Assembly (NCBI RefSeq): GCF_018350175.1
Contig: NC_058368.1
Span: 225,372,001-225,436,000, forward strand
Origin: Felis catus
Taxonomy: Eukaryota
DNA length: 64,000 nt
Direction of reading: 5' to 3'
The position numbers and the translations under genes were made by a program. Shown piece after piece: positions 24,530-36,852 of the stretch. How positions within the stretch are numbered: the stretch's first letter is position 1; each line of letters opens with the position of its first letter. Below the pieces are notes generated by a model. That model had not been told where the DNA came from. It was given only the letters and a program-made list of their open reading frames with translations, and did no database searches.

Positions 24530-25110
24530 AAAGTCTGGCTCCGCACAGAGTAAACGCAAGCTTTCTAAAATCTAAGCCAGATCATGCTAGTCCTCTGTTC
24601 CAAACCACTCACCGCCTTTGTCTCGGAGTGAAAACCAAAGTGCTCACATGGCAGACAAGTCCTTAGATGACACTACAGAATCTCCACATGCCCCGCCCCG
24701 TCTTCCTTTACTCTCCCCCTTGCTTGTCTTTGAATAGCCCCAAACATGTTCTTTACCTCAGGGCCTTTGCACATGCTGTTGCCTCTGCCTGGAATGCTCT
24801 TTGCCCCTAATATCTGCTCAGCTCAGTTCCCTGCTTCCTTCTTTTCTCAACCCAAATGTTACCTTATCAGGCAGGTCTTCTACAACTCTATATAAAATAA
24901 AACTCTTTCTCTCGCCCCTCTTTATTTTCTTACTCTGCGTTCATCACTACCTTAGGTATTCTACATGTATTGATTTGAGAGGTGGGGCGGGCTCCTGCAC
25001 TAAAATGTGAAGTCGATAAGACAACCATTTTATTGGCTACCGTGTCACCAGCATGTAGACGCGTGAAAGCACCGAGTAGGCGTCCAAACAATGGTTACTG
25101 AATGTGGAAA
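24530..25110 (+). mobile_element. L2 3' region
   Basis: cctcagggcctttgcacatgctgttgcctctgcctggaatgctct hallmark. Confidence 0.8.
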
Positions 25111-25674
25111 GAACCACTTCGCAAGGGATTCCACAGCAAGTGACCAGCCTACTTCTTGTTCATAGCTTTCTGATATTTTTTCTTTCTGTGTTTCCCACAC
25201 ATGACTCCAAGTTTCCTTTTTCATCAATATCCTGGGATATGCTCTATCATTCCCTGCTCCCCGACTCTTTTTTGCAATAATCTATATAACACTGTTGAAC
25301 AAATTGTACGAACCCATCCTCTAGCTTCAAAAGTGTAAAACAAAATGTATCCCAGAGCTGAACTTAGAAGAAAACACTCTTTCAAGCCCAATTTAGCCCA
25401 CTATCTTTGCCTCATAAGACTTCAGACCCCCCCCCCATAACAATGGACGTATTGTTTGCACTTTTGATAATCCTGGTGCACCCAGGTAGCAGCTTTTCTT
25501 TGGATTTTGCCTCAGCATTTTGAGAGTGTGCTAGAAAGATGAGGTGAAATGTGCTTCAAGCAAGGTGCATTAACTGTCCACATATGGCAAAGCCTGTTGG
25601 TATAACTCCCAAGAAGTTGGAGGTTTGAATTGAATTATATCGTCCTTCTTTGTTCCTTCTTAAAAGCATTGACA

Positions 25675-25898
25675 GGGTGCCCGGGTGGCTCAGTCAGTTG
25701 AGCATCTGACTCTCGATTTCAGCTCAGGTCATGATCTCACTGTTGGTGAGTTCAAGCCCCACATTGAGGCTTTGCACTGGCTGTGTGGAGCCTGCTTGGG
25801 ATTCTCTCTCTCCCCCTCTCTCTCTGCCTTTCCCCAATTTGTGCTCAGTGCTCTCTCTCTCTTTCTCTTTCAAAATAAAATAAATAAACATTTAAAAA
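25675..25898 (+). mobile_element. Carnivore SINE
   Basis: TSD aaa(a/g)gcattgaca. Confidence 0.92.
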
Positions 25899-26241
25899 AA
25901 GGCATTGACAAGGCATAGGGTCTGTGGCCAATACAGAATTTAAATTGCTAGGGAAAAAAATAAGGAGAGAACTGGAGGAAAGATTGATAGGATTCCATTG
26001 TTAAAGGAAGGAATGCTGACGGAGACAAACATTTGCCCTCACCTCAACTTTCAAGTAATAATAAAAAGAACCTTCTCAGGAAGAATGATAACAATGAGAA
26101 CATAGAAATCTCAAAGAAATCAAACTAATAGAATTTTTATGGTCTTAATTCACCAACATGCTGGAAAATTCTAGACGTAACACACACCAATTCTTTTCCC
26201 CGTTTCTTCTACTCTTTCTATTAACAAGACTGCCTTATTCT

Positions 26242-26455
26242 GGGGCGCCTGGGTGGCTCAGTCGGTGGGGCATCCGACTCTTGATTTCAACTCAGGTCAT
26301 GATCCCAGGGTCACGGGATTGAGCCCCACATCTGAGTCCACGTTGACTATGGAGCTTTGTTGAGATTCTCTATCTCCCTCTGCCCCTCTCCGTGCTCGTG
26401 CGCGCTCTCTCTCTGTAAAATAAAAAGTAAAAAATAAATAAATAAATAAATAAAT
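26242..26455 (+). mobile_element. Carnivore SINE
   Basis: Typical head/body/(TAAA)n tail. Confidence 0.92.
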
Positions 26456-26518
26456 GACCGCCTCCTTCTCCTAGAACTTCCCCTGCCTCAGGGAGGAGAT
26501 AAAGAAGGGAGAAGACAT

Positions 26519-26743
26519 GGGGCGCCTGGGTGGCTCAGTTGGTTAAGCATCCAACTTCAGCTCAAGTCATGATCTCACAGTCCGTGAATTCGAGCCCCAC
26601 GTCGGGCTCTGTGCTGACAGCTCAGAGCCTGGAGCCTGCTTCCGATTCTGTGTCTCCCTCCCTCTCTGCCCCTTCCCCGCTCATGCTCTCTCTCTGTCTC
26701 AAAAATAAATAAAAACATTAAAAAAAAATTGTTATAAAAAAAA
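26519..26743 (+). mobile_element. Carnivore SINE
   Basis: TSD aaagaagggagaagaca. Confidence 0.94.
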
Positions 26744-27780
26744 AAAGAAGGGAGAAGACACTAACTTCCTTCAGCCCCTCCAGGTGCTTGTTCACTGGGT
26801 TCCGGACTCCCCACCTGGCTTCCAACCTGACTCTATCCCCTACTAGGCTTGTGTCCTTGGTCAGCTTCTCTCTGCTTGATAGAAATCATAGTAATAGCCT
26901 CCGCTTCTAAGGAGCAGGGGGAGGATTTCAGGAGTTAGTAAATGCAAAGCACACAGAATGTTGATCGCACCCTGGGAGTGACCAATGGGTGGCAGCCCGT
27001 GGTCCCAGGAGCTTAGGGATTTCTTTGCTTCTTACTCCTAAACTCAAGGTCAAGGATTTGGTATCCGAGTTGACTCTAAAGGGACCAAACCATTCTCTCC
27101 TCCTAACTTCAGCTCCGCGGCCCTCACCCAGAGGCGGGGCCACCCGACCACCGTCTAGACCACGGGTGGCTCTGCTCAAATGGTACGTCTCCTCTGGCAC
27201 CAGCAATGCGTCGGGAGGTTGATGCCAGGCATCCAAGCAGCCCCAGAACGGACAGCCAGGCTGAGTGTCTGCAAAAGCCACAGTATGAAGCTAGACGATG
27301 TGTTTGTATAGGTTGCTAAACGTTACTCCACAGAGTCTTGCTTAAAACCCTTCATCTGTAATATTGTACAACACGATGCACGCTGCCCTAGGGGATGAAA
27401 ACGCAAAGGGATGGGGGGGAAAGCCTTCTCGGGAGGAGAGGAAGAAACGGTGTGCGGTTCCCGTCAACATTTTTACGGAAAGACCCCACGCACCGCGGCA
27501 ACCACGCAGCCTAGGAGAGAAGGGGAAGCGAGCTGTCTTGAGTACTGGGCGATGCCAAGGCACGTACAAGGAATGTTACGCAAGTTGCCCGATCATCCCG
27601 ACAACTGCGTGAATTAGCCATCGTTACCTCCACTATAGCAATGAGGAATCTAAGCTGACGATGCTCAAGGACATAAAGTAAATGTATGACAAAGCAACCC
27701 TGACTTTCTTAGCACCGCTGTCGCACTCACTATACAAATACCAGGTCCCTCTGGGAGGGTTAGTGCTACCTGGGTCTGCA

Positions 27781-28250
27781 TGTGACGGTCAGAATTTTAC
27801 CACGTTGAAGATATCCACATCCTAACCCGGAGAGTCTATGAATATGCTATATTACATGGCAAAGGGAAATCAAAATAAGGGACATCGAACAAAGGGGGTC
27901 ATAAACTGACTTGGAAATGAGGAGATTATCCCGGATGATTATCTGGATGGGTTCAGTGCAATCACAGATGTCTTTGTAAGTGAAGAGGGAGACAAAGGGC
28001 CAGAGTCAGAGAAAAAGATATGACGTGAGAAGCACAAACAGAGAGATTTGAAGATGTTCGACTGCTATCTTTGAAGATGGAAGCGGTGACCTCACACCGA
28101 GTTGAGGGAGCCTCTCGGAGGATAAAAAAGGCAAGGGAGCAGACTCTTCCCTGGAGTTGCCCGAAGTAACAGCGCCCGTCAACACCTTGATTTAGCTCAG
28201 TAAGACCCACGGTCAGACTCCCGTCTTCCAGAACTGTAAGATAGTAAATA
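27781..28250 (+). mobile_element. MLT1D/E-like solo LTR
   Basis: tgtga...gaatatgctatattacatggcaaaggg...gagattatcccggat...ctttgaagatggaag...ccagaactgtaagatagtaaa. Confidence 0.85.
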
Positions 28251-28825
28251 GGTAAAACCAGGAACGACGAGGGGTTTCAGGATGATTCAGTGTATCCTTC
28301 CAAGTGGTGTTTGTAGGGATATTTATCAATGCCACGGACACAGGGGGAATCCAACTCAAGCAGATAGATCCTTCAAGTTGTTTTACCGCGATCACATTTC
28401 TAGACTTTGAGGTGAATAAAACTCAGCTAAAACAAACAATGAGAGGAAGAAGGAGCCTGGAGAATCTTGAATTCAGAAAATAAGCTTCGTTGCATTCTCA
28501 GAGATAAATCCCGTGGGCAGACGGGAGACCCGCCCAGTGTGAAAGTAGCTTAGGAAATTGGATTTGGTCCATGTGTCCACAGAGAGAACATTCGCAGGTA
28601 GCAAGTATATCATATCCAGAAACATTTTGCCCTAAACCTTCTTTACGGGCTCCCGAAACAAGTTGGTGACTGAAGAATAAGGAAGGTGATGGGCATTACA
28701 AGTGCCTTCAGGGGAGTTTTCCTTCAACCAAGAGAGAGGTGAGCAATACGCATCATCTCAGGGAAGGGAAAAGCAAACCCGCTGAGCAGGAGAGTGTGCT
28801 GCATCTTGAACTGATGCCTTGACCC

Positions 28826-29020
28826 TGTGCTGCCCAGTGCAGCAGCCAGTAGCCACATGTGGCTTTCCAAATGCAAATTTGAATTTATTACAAGCAAATG
28901 ACCCTCAAAACTCAACTCCTCAGTCACACTTGCCACATTTCAAGTGCTCGATAGTCACATGAGGCTAGTGGCTACCCTCTGGGACAGAGGAGCTATGCAT
29001 TTCCCTCATTGCAGACGGCT
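28826..29020 (+). mobile_element. MER3 hAT-Charlie element
   Basis: ctgtgctgcccagtgcagcagccagtagccacatgtggct...gccacatttcaagtgctc. Confidence 0.8.
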
Positions 29021-29028
29021 GCCCTAGA

Positions 29029-29473
29029 CCTGTGCAGTTCCAATATGGCGGCTGCTAGCCATAGGTGGCTCTTTACATTTGTATCAATTAAAATTAGAAA
29101 CTCTGGGGGCGCCCAGGTGGCTCAGTCGGTTGAGTGTCCAACTCTTAATTTCGGCTTAGGTCATGATCCAGGGTCATGGGATAGAGCCCCACGTCAGGCT
29201 TCACGCTGAGCATGAAGACTGCTTAAGATTCTCTCTCTCCCTCAGGCCCTCTCCCCTGTTTGTGCTCTCTCTCTCTCTAAAATAAAATACAGTAGATAGA
29301 TAGATGATAGATAGATAGATAGATAGATAGATAAAATAAGAAATTCTGCTTCTCAATCACACTACACTACCACATTCCAAGTGCCCAGCAGCCATACGAC
29401 TAGTTGCTACTGACAGAACAGCACAGATATAGAACATTCCCATCATCACAGAACATTCCCCTGGACGGTGTTG
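29029..29473 (+). mobile_element. Second, tandem MER3 interrupted by a SINE
   Basis: ctgtgcagttccaatatggcggctgctagcca...tagaacattcccatcatcacaga. Confidence 0.75.
29105..29332 (+). mobile_element. Carnivore SINE with (GATA)n tail
   Basis: TSD aaaattagaaactctg / aaaataagaaattctg. Confidence 0.92.
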
Positions 29474-29797
29474 CCTTTTAGCCATTTTTCCTGGCTCTTT
29501 TTCTGGATCATCTGCATGACTTTCAGAGTCAAACTCCATGACCATCTCAGACAAAAAAACATGGTTAGATGTAGCTGCATACTCAGGACCCTTGCCCCAT
29601 GATTTACGTGGCATTCACATCCAGGTTTTCTTTTTCTGCTGTCTTCCTTGCCCTCTAGGTTATAACAGTAACTCTCCCAGCCACAGTAGTGTAAGACAAG
29701 CATCTCCTGGCTCAGGTTTCAGACACAGTTTCCAACTGAAAGAGGAGTCAAGGCCACTTCTAAATACCTCCTCCACTGCTCCTGCCCATTTACTCAC

Positions 29798-29854
29798 CTT
29801 GAAGCAATGTGCCAAAGGAATTTCCCAGGAAGGCAGTCGAGGAGGAGTCGGAGT
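29798..29854 (-). CDS. Predicted 57-nt exon D (DSDSSSTAFLGNSFGTLLQ)
   Basis: Acceptor aataatctttag|ACTCC, consensus donor CAAG|gtgagt; symmetric phase 1. Confidence 0.37.
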
Positions 29855-31261
29855 CTAAAGATTATTGGGCAGGGCTGGCCAGGATTTATTATGGCCCTCA
29901 GCTGACCCACCAATCATGCATGAGAGCCCGCTTTGGTGATAAAAGAAGGTCTTCAATGTCAATGGGGGCGGGGGCGATATCAGACAGCACTTGTAGCCCA
30001 CATCTGTGCACCAAATATGCTGACACACAATTCGGTGGAGGTCCAGACACAGGGACACAGAGAAGACAGACAGACAGACGTGTGTGCGCACACACACACA
30101 CACACAAACTCTTGCTACGTGTGACAGATTGTTTCCACATCATAAGCACACACCTTTGCAAAGCCCACTGATTCTGTACCAACATCACTGCCCATGGCCA
30201 TTGAGGTTGCACAAAGCATCCCACTCGAGAAGATGCTAACTGGGGAGCTGGATTAATAGGACCTAGGTGATACCTTTTTGCTAGCTGGTCTTCCTCTCCT
30301 TCTTGAAAAATCCTTCATTAGACTCACTTTTGGGGGGTTTAAATGACCGAAATAGATAGACGGTTTCCAGACAGGTAAGAATGTTCTCCTGGAGAAGGCA
30401 AGAAGATCCTGGATTTTACTTCATTGGTTGTCACATTAACTCGGATTTATTAACCACATTTATGTAGAACTTATTGTGGTTTGGGGAAGCACAGGGGTCA
30501 GCGTGGGGGGAGGTCAGTAACGTACTTCCTATAAGACGCAGATCTTGTGGCAACAGAAGAAGGCCCTGGGTGGAATTCATAAAATCTCTAGGCCAGCAGC
30601 GTTAACTAGTCCCAACCCCCACCAGATGGATACGGGAATCCCCACATCATTCCCAAAATGTAGCTCTCTAGACTCTGCACGAACACTGCAAAAGATCCAT
30701 TTTATTTTGTTAATTCAAACTGCCAGGGATTGGAACAGATCTGTCCCTTCAGTGTCTCCCCCTACATTTGTGTACGGGATACGTACAGACGAAGACGCAT
30801 GCTTCTATGCTCAGCGTCTCTTAACCCTTAACCACCAGTTGGGGCACAGACTCACCCTTTGGTTGGATTTATGCAGTTATGACAATTTTTCAGCCTCTCC
30901 CTCCCACGACTATAGGATAAACCTCCCCTCCGTATACTGCACGATTCTAGAGAATAGTTCAAGTTTCTCTCTGCTGCCACTTTTCAAAAGCTTGGGTTGT
31001 AAAAGTAAACATACGCAGCATTTCTATAGCAGCAATGACCGTAATTTGTATATTGGAAGCCAACTTTTGTCATTTGAGACAGCCTCAAGGGCCAAAACCC
31101 TGACAGAAGTAAAGCTGATGAGGGGAAATCCACAGCTCTAGTTCGGCCTTTTCTGAGCCCTAGAGTAGGATGTTTGCGTCTCCTCCCAAGTTTGGCAAAC
31201 TTGTACAAGCTGGTGCAGAGCGCCTTTCCGACTACGTGGATGATGTGCATTTCAAACATAC

Positions 31262-31287
31262 CCAGTGTTGAAAGCACGCTGGCTTTC
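31262..31287 (-). CDS. Predicted 26-nt microexon C (KASVLSTL)
   Basis: Acceptor cattgtttttccaag|GAAAGCC...CACTGG|gtatgt donor; phase 2 to 1. AAG acceptor is weaker than CAG/TAG. Confidence 0.33.
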
Positions 31288-32263
31288 CTTGGAAAAACAA
31301 TGATGAAGAGACGGTGAACTAAAACGCCCTTGCTTTCAAAGGAAGCACATCATCCATAGTATCTCTACAATATTGAGTTTTTTCAACGAAGAAAATGCAA
31401 GAATTTGGGATGTATCGAAGCTGGTGTTAAATCACAATTAGACTTCATCTGAAACTCCAGAAATTTATAATTTTTTAAACTTCTAAATCAAGTAAGAGCG
31501 TGGGCTCCCTGAGTGTTAACAGATAGACTAGGACCTAATATTTTTAAAGATTTATCCTTTAAATAAAGAGGCATTACGTATTTAGTGACAGCTACTTTTA
31601 AGAGAAATGAACAACCGCTCGTGGATGGTTCTGTTTCAAATGATTAATGGTTATGGAGACATTTGGGGACTGTTTTGATTGAGGTCTAGTGATTTTTCAT
31701 GACAGATGCAGTCGGCTTTTTATTTACGTGATTAGTCACAAACTGTTTTCATACTTTGAAGGTGGAAATGGAAAGACCAAGGATCTTAGTTAAAAGATTC
31801 AACACTACATTTCCTTGATCGGTTTTTGGGTTTTGTTCTCCCTGATGGTTGGGGCAACACATTCCTCATTTTCTTAATTCTTTTCTAAGCTTCCTGCTCC
31901 TACTCTCCCTCATTCATTTGCCTCTCCCCTCTCCCTTCCCCTTCACTCTCCTCCCCCTCCTTGCTCTTAGCCCTCTCTCACAACTAAACACCCTGGTTAT
32001 GGTCCCTGGCCTTATAAAAGTCGCTGATGTCCAATCTATGAAAAGAGCTGTGTGTCAGTCCAGCTCAAGGACTCGGCCACTTCAAGAGACCACTAGTGCA
32101 TCATGTCCCCAGGTGCCAGCTGCAGGCTCTTCCAAGAGGGGCTCACTGGGTGTTCCACCACCTGCCGAGAGCCAGAAGCGTTTGGCTCTCCACTCTGCTC
32201 TCAAATCTTAGCTCTGTCCTTCTAGGTGTTTCCATCAGAGTGATTTAAATGCAAATCGCTTAC

Positions 32264-32273
32264 CTTGGTTCTT
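32264..32273 (-). CDS. Predicted 10-nt microexon B (EEPR across junctions)
   Basis: Acceptor gtttttgtcctcttttcacag|AAGAACCAAG|gtaagc donor; strong pyrimidine tract; phase 1 to 2. Confidence 0.4.
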
Positions 32274-32774
32274 CTGTGAAAAGAGGACAAAAACCAGTTT
32301 GAGATCCCAGAGGCACCCGCTGTCTTCTGATTCATTTCCATTTTTAAAACATTAGCCTGAAACATTAAACGTTTGATCCAAAAATTCAGGTATAGGGAGT
32401 CCAAGGAACTGGTCTCAGGAGGTCGGTTTTCAGGCCACATACTATGCTTACCCTAGAAAATATGAGATGTTGTGCTAATGAATTCACTCTGGGAGGAGAT
32501 GCAAGGGCAAGAGAGAAGTTCTCCCTTGTAAGTCCCATTGGGACTTAGTCCCCAGCTGGAGAGTCTCACACCTGAATCCTCCAGACTGGTCGTTTGCTGT
32601 GTCTCCTGGACAATTGGGGGTTACAAAAAGTGTTAACCTTGAAACCTTACATCTGCACAGTGCATGACAGTTTTCAAAGGGATCTCAAAGATGTGATCTT
32701 ATTGGACTTTTACAAGGTCCCGTGGCTTGCCAGTGGCAGAGAAAATAGACAGATGTAAGGTGCAGGTATCCTCC

Positions 32775-33030
32775 AGACCAGAGAGGGAGCTGTAGGGTCA
32801 ACCCTGAATCGAAATTCCAATCCCACCGTTCATTCACTGTGTAACCCGCGTCAATTTATCGCCCGTCTCTGAGCTTCTGCTTGTTCATTTCTCAGCCTGA
32901 GATAATAATAGTACCTGCTTCACAAAGTTGCTCCAGGGTTGAGAGCGATGAGGAAGTCATCCGAAGCATTTAGCGTCATATCTGGCACATGTAAACTGTT
33001 CAGGACATGTCATTTATTATTATTAATAAA
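32775..33030 (+). mobile_element. MIR
   Basis: tctctgagcttctgcttgttcat...gataataatagtacctgcttcacaaagttg...tggcacatgtaa. Confidence 0.75.
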
Positions 33031-33335
33031 TATGTTCAACCTACATGCAAAGGAATCTCCGACACTAAAAGTTAATCCTGTATGTTCATCAACTGGCAAG
33101 GACAAGATCCTGAATTGGCAGTGGAATCTACAGACGCAGATCTTAGCATTTGAAGATAACGTAAGCAACTAATGCTCCGAAATTCAAAAAGGTTCAGCCC
33201 CGTCGACAGGTTTTATTACTTGGCCTAGTGATCAAAACTTTGCTTATTATTTATAGACCATTATTTAGAAATAGTTGCAGTGTTGTTATTTCACTTTTTA
33301 GCTATGCATTATTCATAAACACAAGTCATGCTTAC

Positions 33336-33414
33336 CTTGACTGTTTTTTGGGTTCAGTGTTCTCTGGGTTTCCCGGACAATCAGCTGTTGGGGCAACATT
33401 GGCTTGATGTACAT
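33336..33414 (-). CDS. Predicted coding part of exon A (exon 33336-33486) of an unidentified microexon-rich gene; MYIKPMLPQQLIVRETQRTLNPKNSQ
   Basis: Minus strand: acceptor ctcattttag|AGAGGGG at 33486, in-frame upstream TAA, ATG in GGAGGCATGT at 33414, donor CAAG|gtaagc at 33336 (phase 1). Manual prediction, no homolog recognised. Confidence 0.4.
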
Positions 33415-33639
33415 GCCTCCTGCTTCTGCTTTTCTAAATTTCCTTGCTTAGAACTCTGAACAATCTGTAGCAAGTCTTGCCCCTCTCTAAAATGAGCTAA
33501 TTTTATAAAATAAGAAATGTGAGAATTATTTTTTTTTAAAGTTTACTCATGCATTAAAACATACTCCACTCTTTTGTTCCACGCCTGCTCAGCTCAGAAG
33601 GGTGGACCAAACTGGGGGACACAAGTTTCTTTGTGTGCT

Positions 33640-34070
33640 AGGCAGCCTCCTTACATAATATAACTGTAATACACAAACAAACAAATAAACAAATAAGCTC
33701 ATGGGCTTCTAAGAACAAAGATTTAATTCTCACTTATGTTACAGATCAACTGAGAGTTGGTTGCGACTCTGCTCTGTGTCTTTTCATCCTGGGACCAAGC
33801 CCATCTGGATCATGTTGATCTCAAGGAAGAACGAGAATGCAATGGTGGATCCAACCAGGGGCAGAAACACATAATGGTGTGACCACATGATGACTCTTCA
33901 GCTTCTACCAGGAAGAGGCACACCACCTTTCCACTCATGTTTTTATAGAGCCCAGCCTGCCCAATGTTTGCTGAAGGAAATCCACCTATAGGGCGCAACA
34001 CTGCAAGCCACATGGCAGGAGTGGGCACACACATCCCTCCCACAAAGGGCAGCCAACGACAACAATAACA
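33640..34070 (-). mobile_element. Old MLT1 (J/K-like) LTR
   Basis: Degenerate aacaaagatttaattctcac...ctctgctctgtgtcttttcatcctgggacc. Confidence 0.55.
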
Positions 34071-34205
34071 CAGTCTACTCCACTCTGAGGCTTGGTTAAC
34101 TCTCAACAGCACTCCTATCTGATATCTTGTTCTATTGGTTTGGAGCCATTCCCAAGACTTAGAGATAAGTATGGAATGAATTTAAGATGCACTCTGGAAC
34201 AGAAC

Positions 34206-34391
34206 AAGGGTTGGCCAACTCTAGTCCGCTCCTATTTTTATATGACCCAAGAGCTATGAACGATTTTCACATTTTTAAGGGGTTGTGTTTAAAAAGGGGG
34301 AGGCAGAATATGGGACAAAGACCAAGTATGGCCCACAAAGTCTAAAATATTTATTATCTGACCCTTTTACAAAAAGCTTGTCAACCCCTGG
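34206..34391 (+). mobile_element. MER58-type hAT-Charlie element
   Basis: TIRs caagggttggccaact / cttgtcaacccctg; tggcccacaaagtctaaaatattta. Confidence 0.85.
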
Positions 34392-35043
34392 CATAAACTT
34401 AATTTGAGATTACCTCTGGAACCTCCCTCTCGTCTGCACTAGAAGTGATCCATGTCTATCCCAGTCAAAATCAGCTCTGGAAGTAACAAATGTAGCCTCT
34501 AATTCAGTGCCTGTTAATCAGGTTAGAGTTACTCCTCTAGAATCTGGAGTCTAGACCCCAAAGAACCTGTCTATCCATATCTCTGAGACTGCACTTACCA
34601 CATTGGATTATAATTCTTTTTGTTTTTCCACCTTCACACCCCACCGAAGGACTATTATCATTTCTCTGAGGGAAGACACAGAGATGTCCCACACTCAGCC
34701 CAGTGCTTGACAGAGGTGTTTACACACACTTTCAATCGACTTACACCAAACTACCAGCATGACAGAGACTCTTAGGGCACCAGCTCTCATTTTCATCATA
34801 AATCCCCTTGCTGTTACATAAATTCTTTGACTGAGCTTATTTATCTGAAAAATCAAAATGGAAATGTTTGTCACCATAAGGCTTTTTTAAGTACTTACTT
34901 ATAGATGGTAGAAGAAAGTTATGTTCAGTCCACCACACTCACTGAAATCCATCAGACAACAAAAAGACCCCAAAGGTACGGAAACTCCATTTTTAAATTA
35001 AGTGAAGCAAGTCTCTGCCTCACATTAAAATTATAAAGAACAT

Positions 35044-35267
35044 GGGGCGCCTGGGTGGCGCAGTCGGTTAAGCGTCCGATTTCAGCCAGGTCACGATCTC
35101 GCGGTCCGTGAGTTCGAGCCCCGCGTCGGGCTCTGGGCTGATGGCTCAGAGCCTGGAGCCTGTTTCCGATTCTGTGTCTCCCTCTCTCTCTGCCCCTCCC
35201 CCGTTCATGCTCTGTCTCTCTCTGTCCCAAAAATAAATAAACGTTGAAAAAAATTTTTTTAAAAAAA
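35044..35267 (+). mobile_element. Young felid-type SINE
   Basis: CpG-intact; TSD taaaattataaagaacat. Confidence 0.95.
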
Positions 35268-35587
35268 TAAAATTATAAAGAACATCAGTCAAACAAATAA
35301 AATAAAATGTAGTAAAATTAGAGAGTAAGAGTTGACATAATTTCCTCAGAAGTTTCTCTCAAAGGAAGAACCATAATCCTGAAAGAGTAGCCTGACTAGT
35401 GACCCAACACAGGGACATTGGGAGGACACACAGAGAGAGTTCTGGCTGCAGAACTAAGGCGGACTGACAGAGACCCAGATTCTGCAAACACATCAAGCTC
35501 AGTATCTAAAGTCTAGCACCCTAGTCCAGGGAAACTACCAGATGTTACAGAAAGGAAGGGTTAGTCACCAAATCAAAATGCAGGGAG

Positions 35588-36030
35588 TATGTGCTCGCTT
35601 GCTAGGATTGCTGGAACAAAGTACCACACACGGGGCGGCTTATCAACAAAAAGCTCTTGCCTCCCAGGTCTGGAGGCTGGAAATCCTAGATCAAGATGTC
35701 GGCAGGTTTGGCTCCGTCTGAGAGATGTGAGGGAACCATCTATCCCAGGTCTCCCTCCTGGGCTTGTAGATGGCATCATCCACTCTCTGCCTTCATGCTC
35801 ACTTGCCATTCTTCCTGTGTGTGTGTCCGTTTCTTCACGTGGGTTCTTTTACAAGGACACCAGTCATATGGATAAGGGGCCCACTCTACTCCAGTGTGAC
35901 CTCCTTTTAACTAATTACATCTGCGATGTCCCTACCTCCAACTAGGTCATATTCTGAGGTACTGGGAGTTAGGACTTTATTAATGTTGGGGAGGGGAAGG
36001 AGGAGGGCACACAACTCAACCCATAACACA
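35588..36030 (-). mobile_element. MLT1B/C-like solo LTR
   Basis: aacaaagtaccaca...tctggaggctggaaatcc...aaggacaccagtcat...ttctgaggtactggg...caactcaacccataaca. Confidence 0.85.
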
Positions 36031-36283
36031 CAGAAAGACTGAGACTTGGGATACACCATGAGCCACCTCTACCTTCTCAATATCAGAGTCTGCAGTGAAT
36101 CACCCTCTCTGCAAAAGTCAGTGATAGACGAGCAGCTGTTCAAAGGATACTTCTTAATTCATTCTGGGGATTGCCCAGCTCACTCTGTCGCGCCCTTCCC
36201 AGCATCTCCTCTCAACCCTATCACTCCACATCATCCTGTAGCAAATGCAGATAGAATGGGCTCCATTTAAACATGAGTCATAC

Positions 36284-36852
36284 CCTATGAGCCAGCAATA
36301 GCACTGCTAGGAATTTACCCAAGGAATACAGGAGAACTGATGCATAGGGGCACTTGTACCCCAATGTTTATAGCAGCACTCTCAACAATAGCCAAATTAT
36401 GGAAAGAGCCTAAATGTCCATCAACTGATGAATGGATAAAGAAATTGTGGTTTATATACACAATGGAGTACTACGTGGCAATGAGAAAGAACGAAATATG
36501 GCCCTTTGTAGCAACGTGGATGGAACTGGAGAGTGTGATGCTAAGTGAAATAAGCCATACAGAGAAAGACAGATACCATATGGTTTCACTCTTATGTGGA
36601 TCCTGAGAAACTTAACAGAAGCCGATGGGGGAGGGGAAGGAAAAAAAAAAGAGGTTAGAGTGGGAGAGAGCCAAAGCATAAGAGACTCTTAAAAACTGAG
36701 AACAAACTGAGGGTTGATGGGGGGTGGGAGGGAGGGGAGGGTGGGTGATGGGTACTGAGGAGGGCACCTTTTGGGATGAGCACTGGGTGTTGTATGGAAA
36801 CCAATTTGACAATAAATTTCATATATTGAAAAAAAATAAAAAATAAAAAAAT
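36284..36852 (+). mobile_element. Young 5'-truncated felid L1 (ORF2 C-terminus, 3'UTR, polyA)
   Basis: ORF 36340-36606 (HRGTCTPMFIAALSTIAKLWKEPKCPSTDEWIKK...) is the L1 ORF2p C-terminus; perfect 15-bp TSD aaacatgagtcatac. Confidence 0.96.

Noticed and set aside
25134..25233. Possible extra minus-strand exon (ILMKKETWSHVWETQKEKISESYEQE)
   Set aside because: Weak acceptor and donor; does not fit the main chain without further assumptions.
30545..31141. 198-aa plus-strand ORF
   Set aside because: Non-ATG start, no recognisable homology; consistent with chance.
31187..31203. Short palindromes (caagtttg-g-caaacttg; also ggcctcc-gcgt-ggaggcc near 60368)
   Set aside because: 7-8 bp stems are expected by chance in 64 kb.
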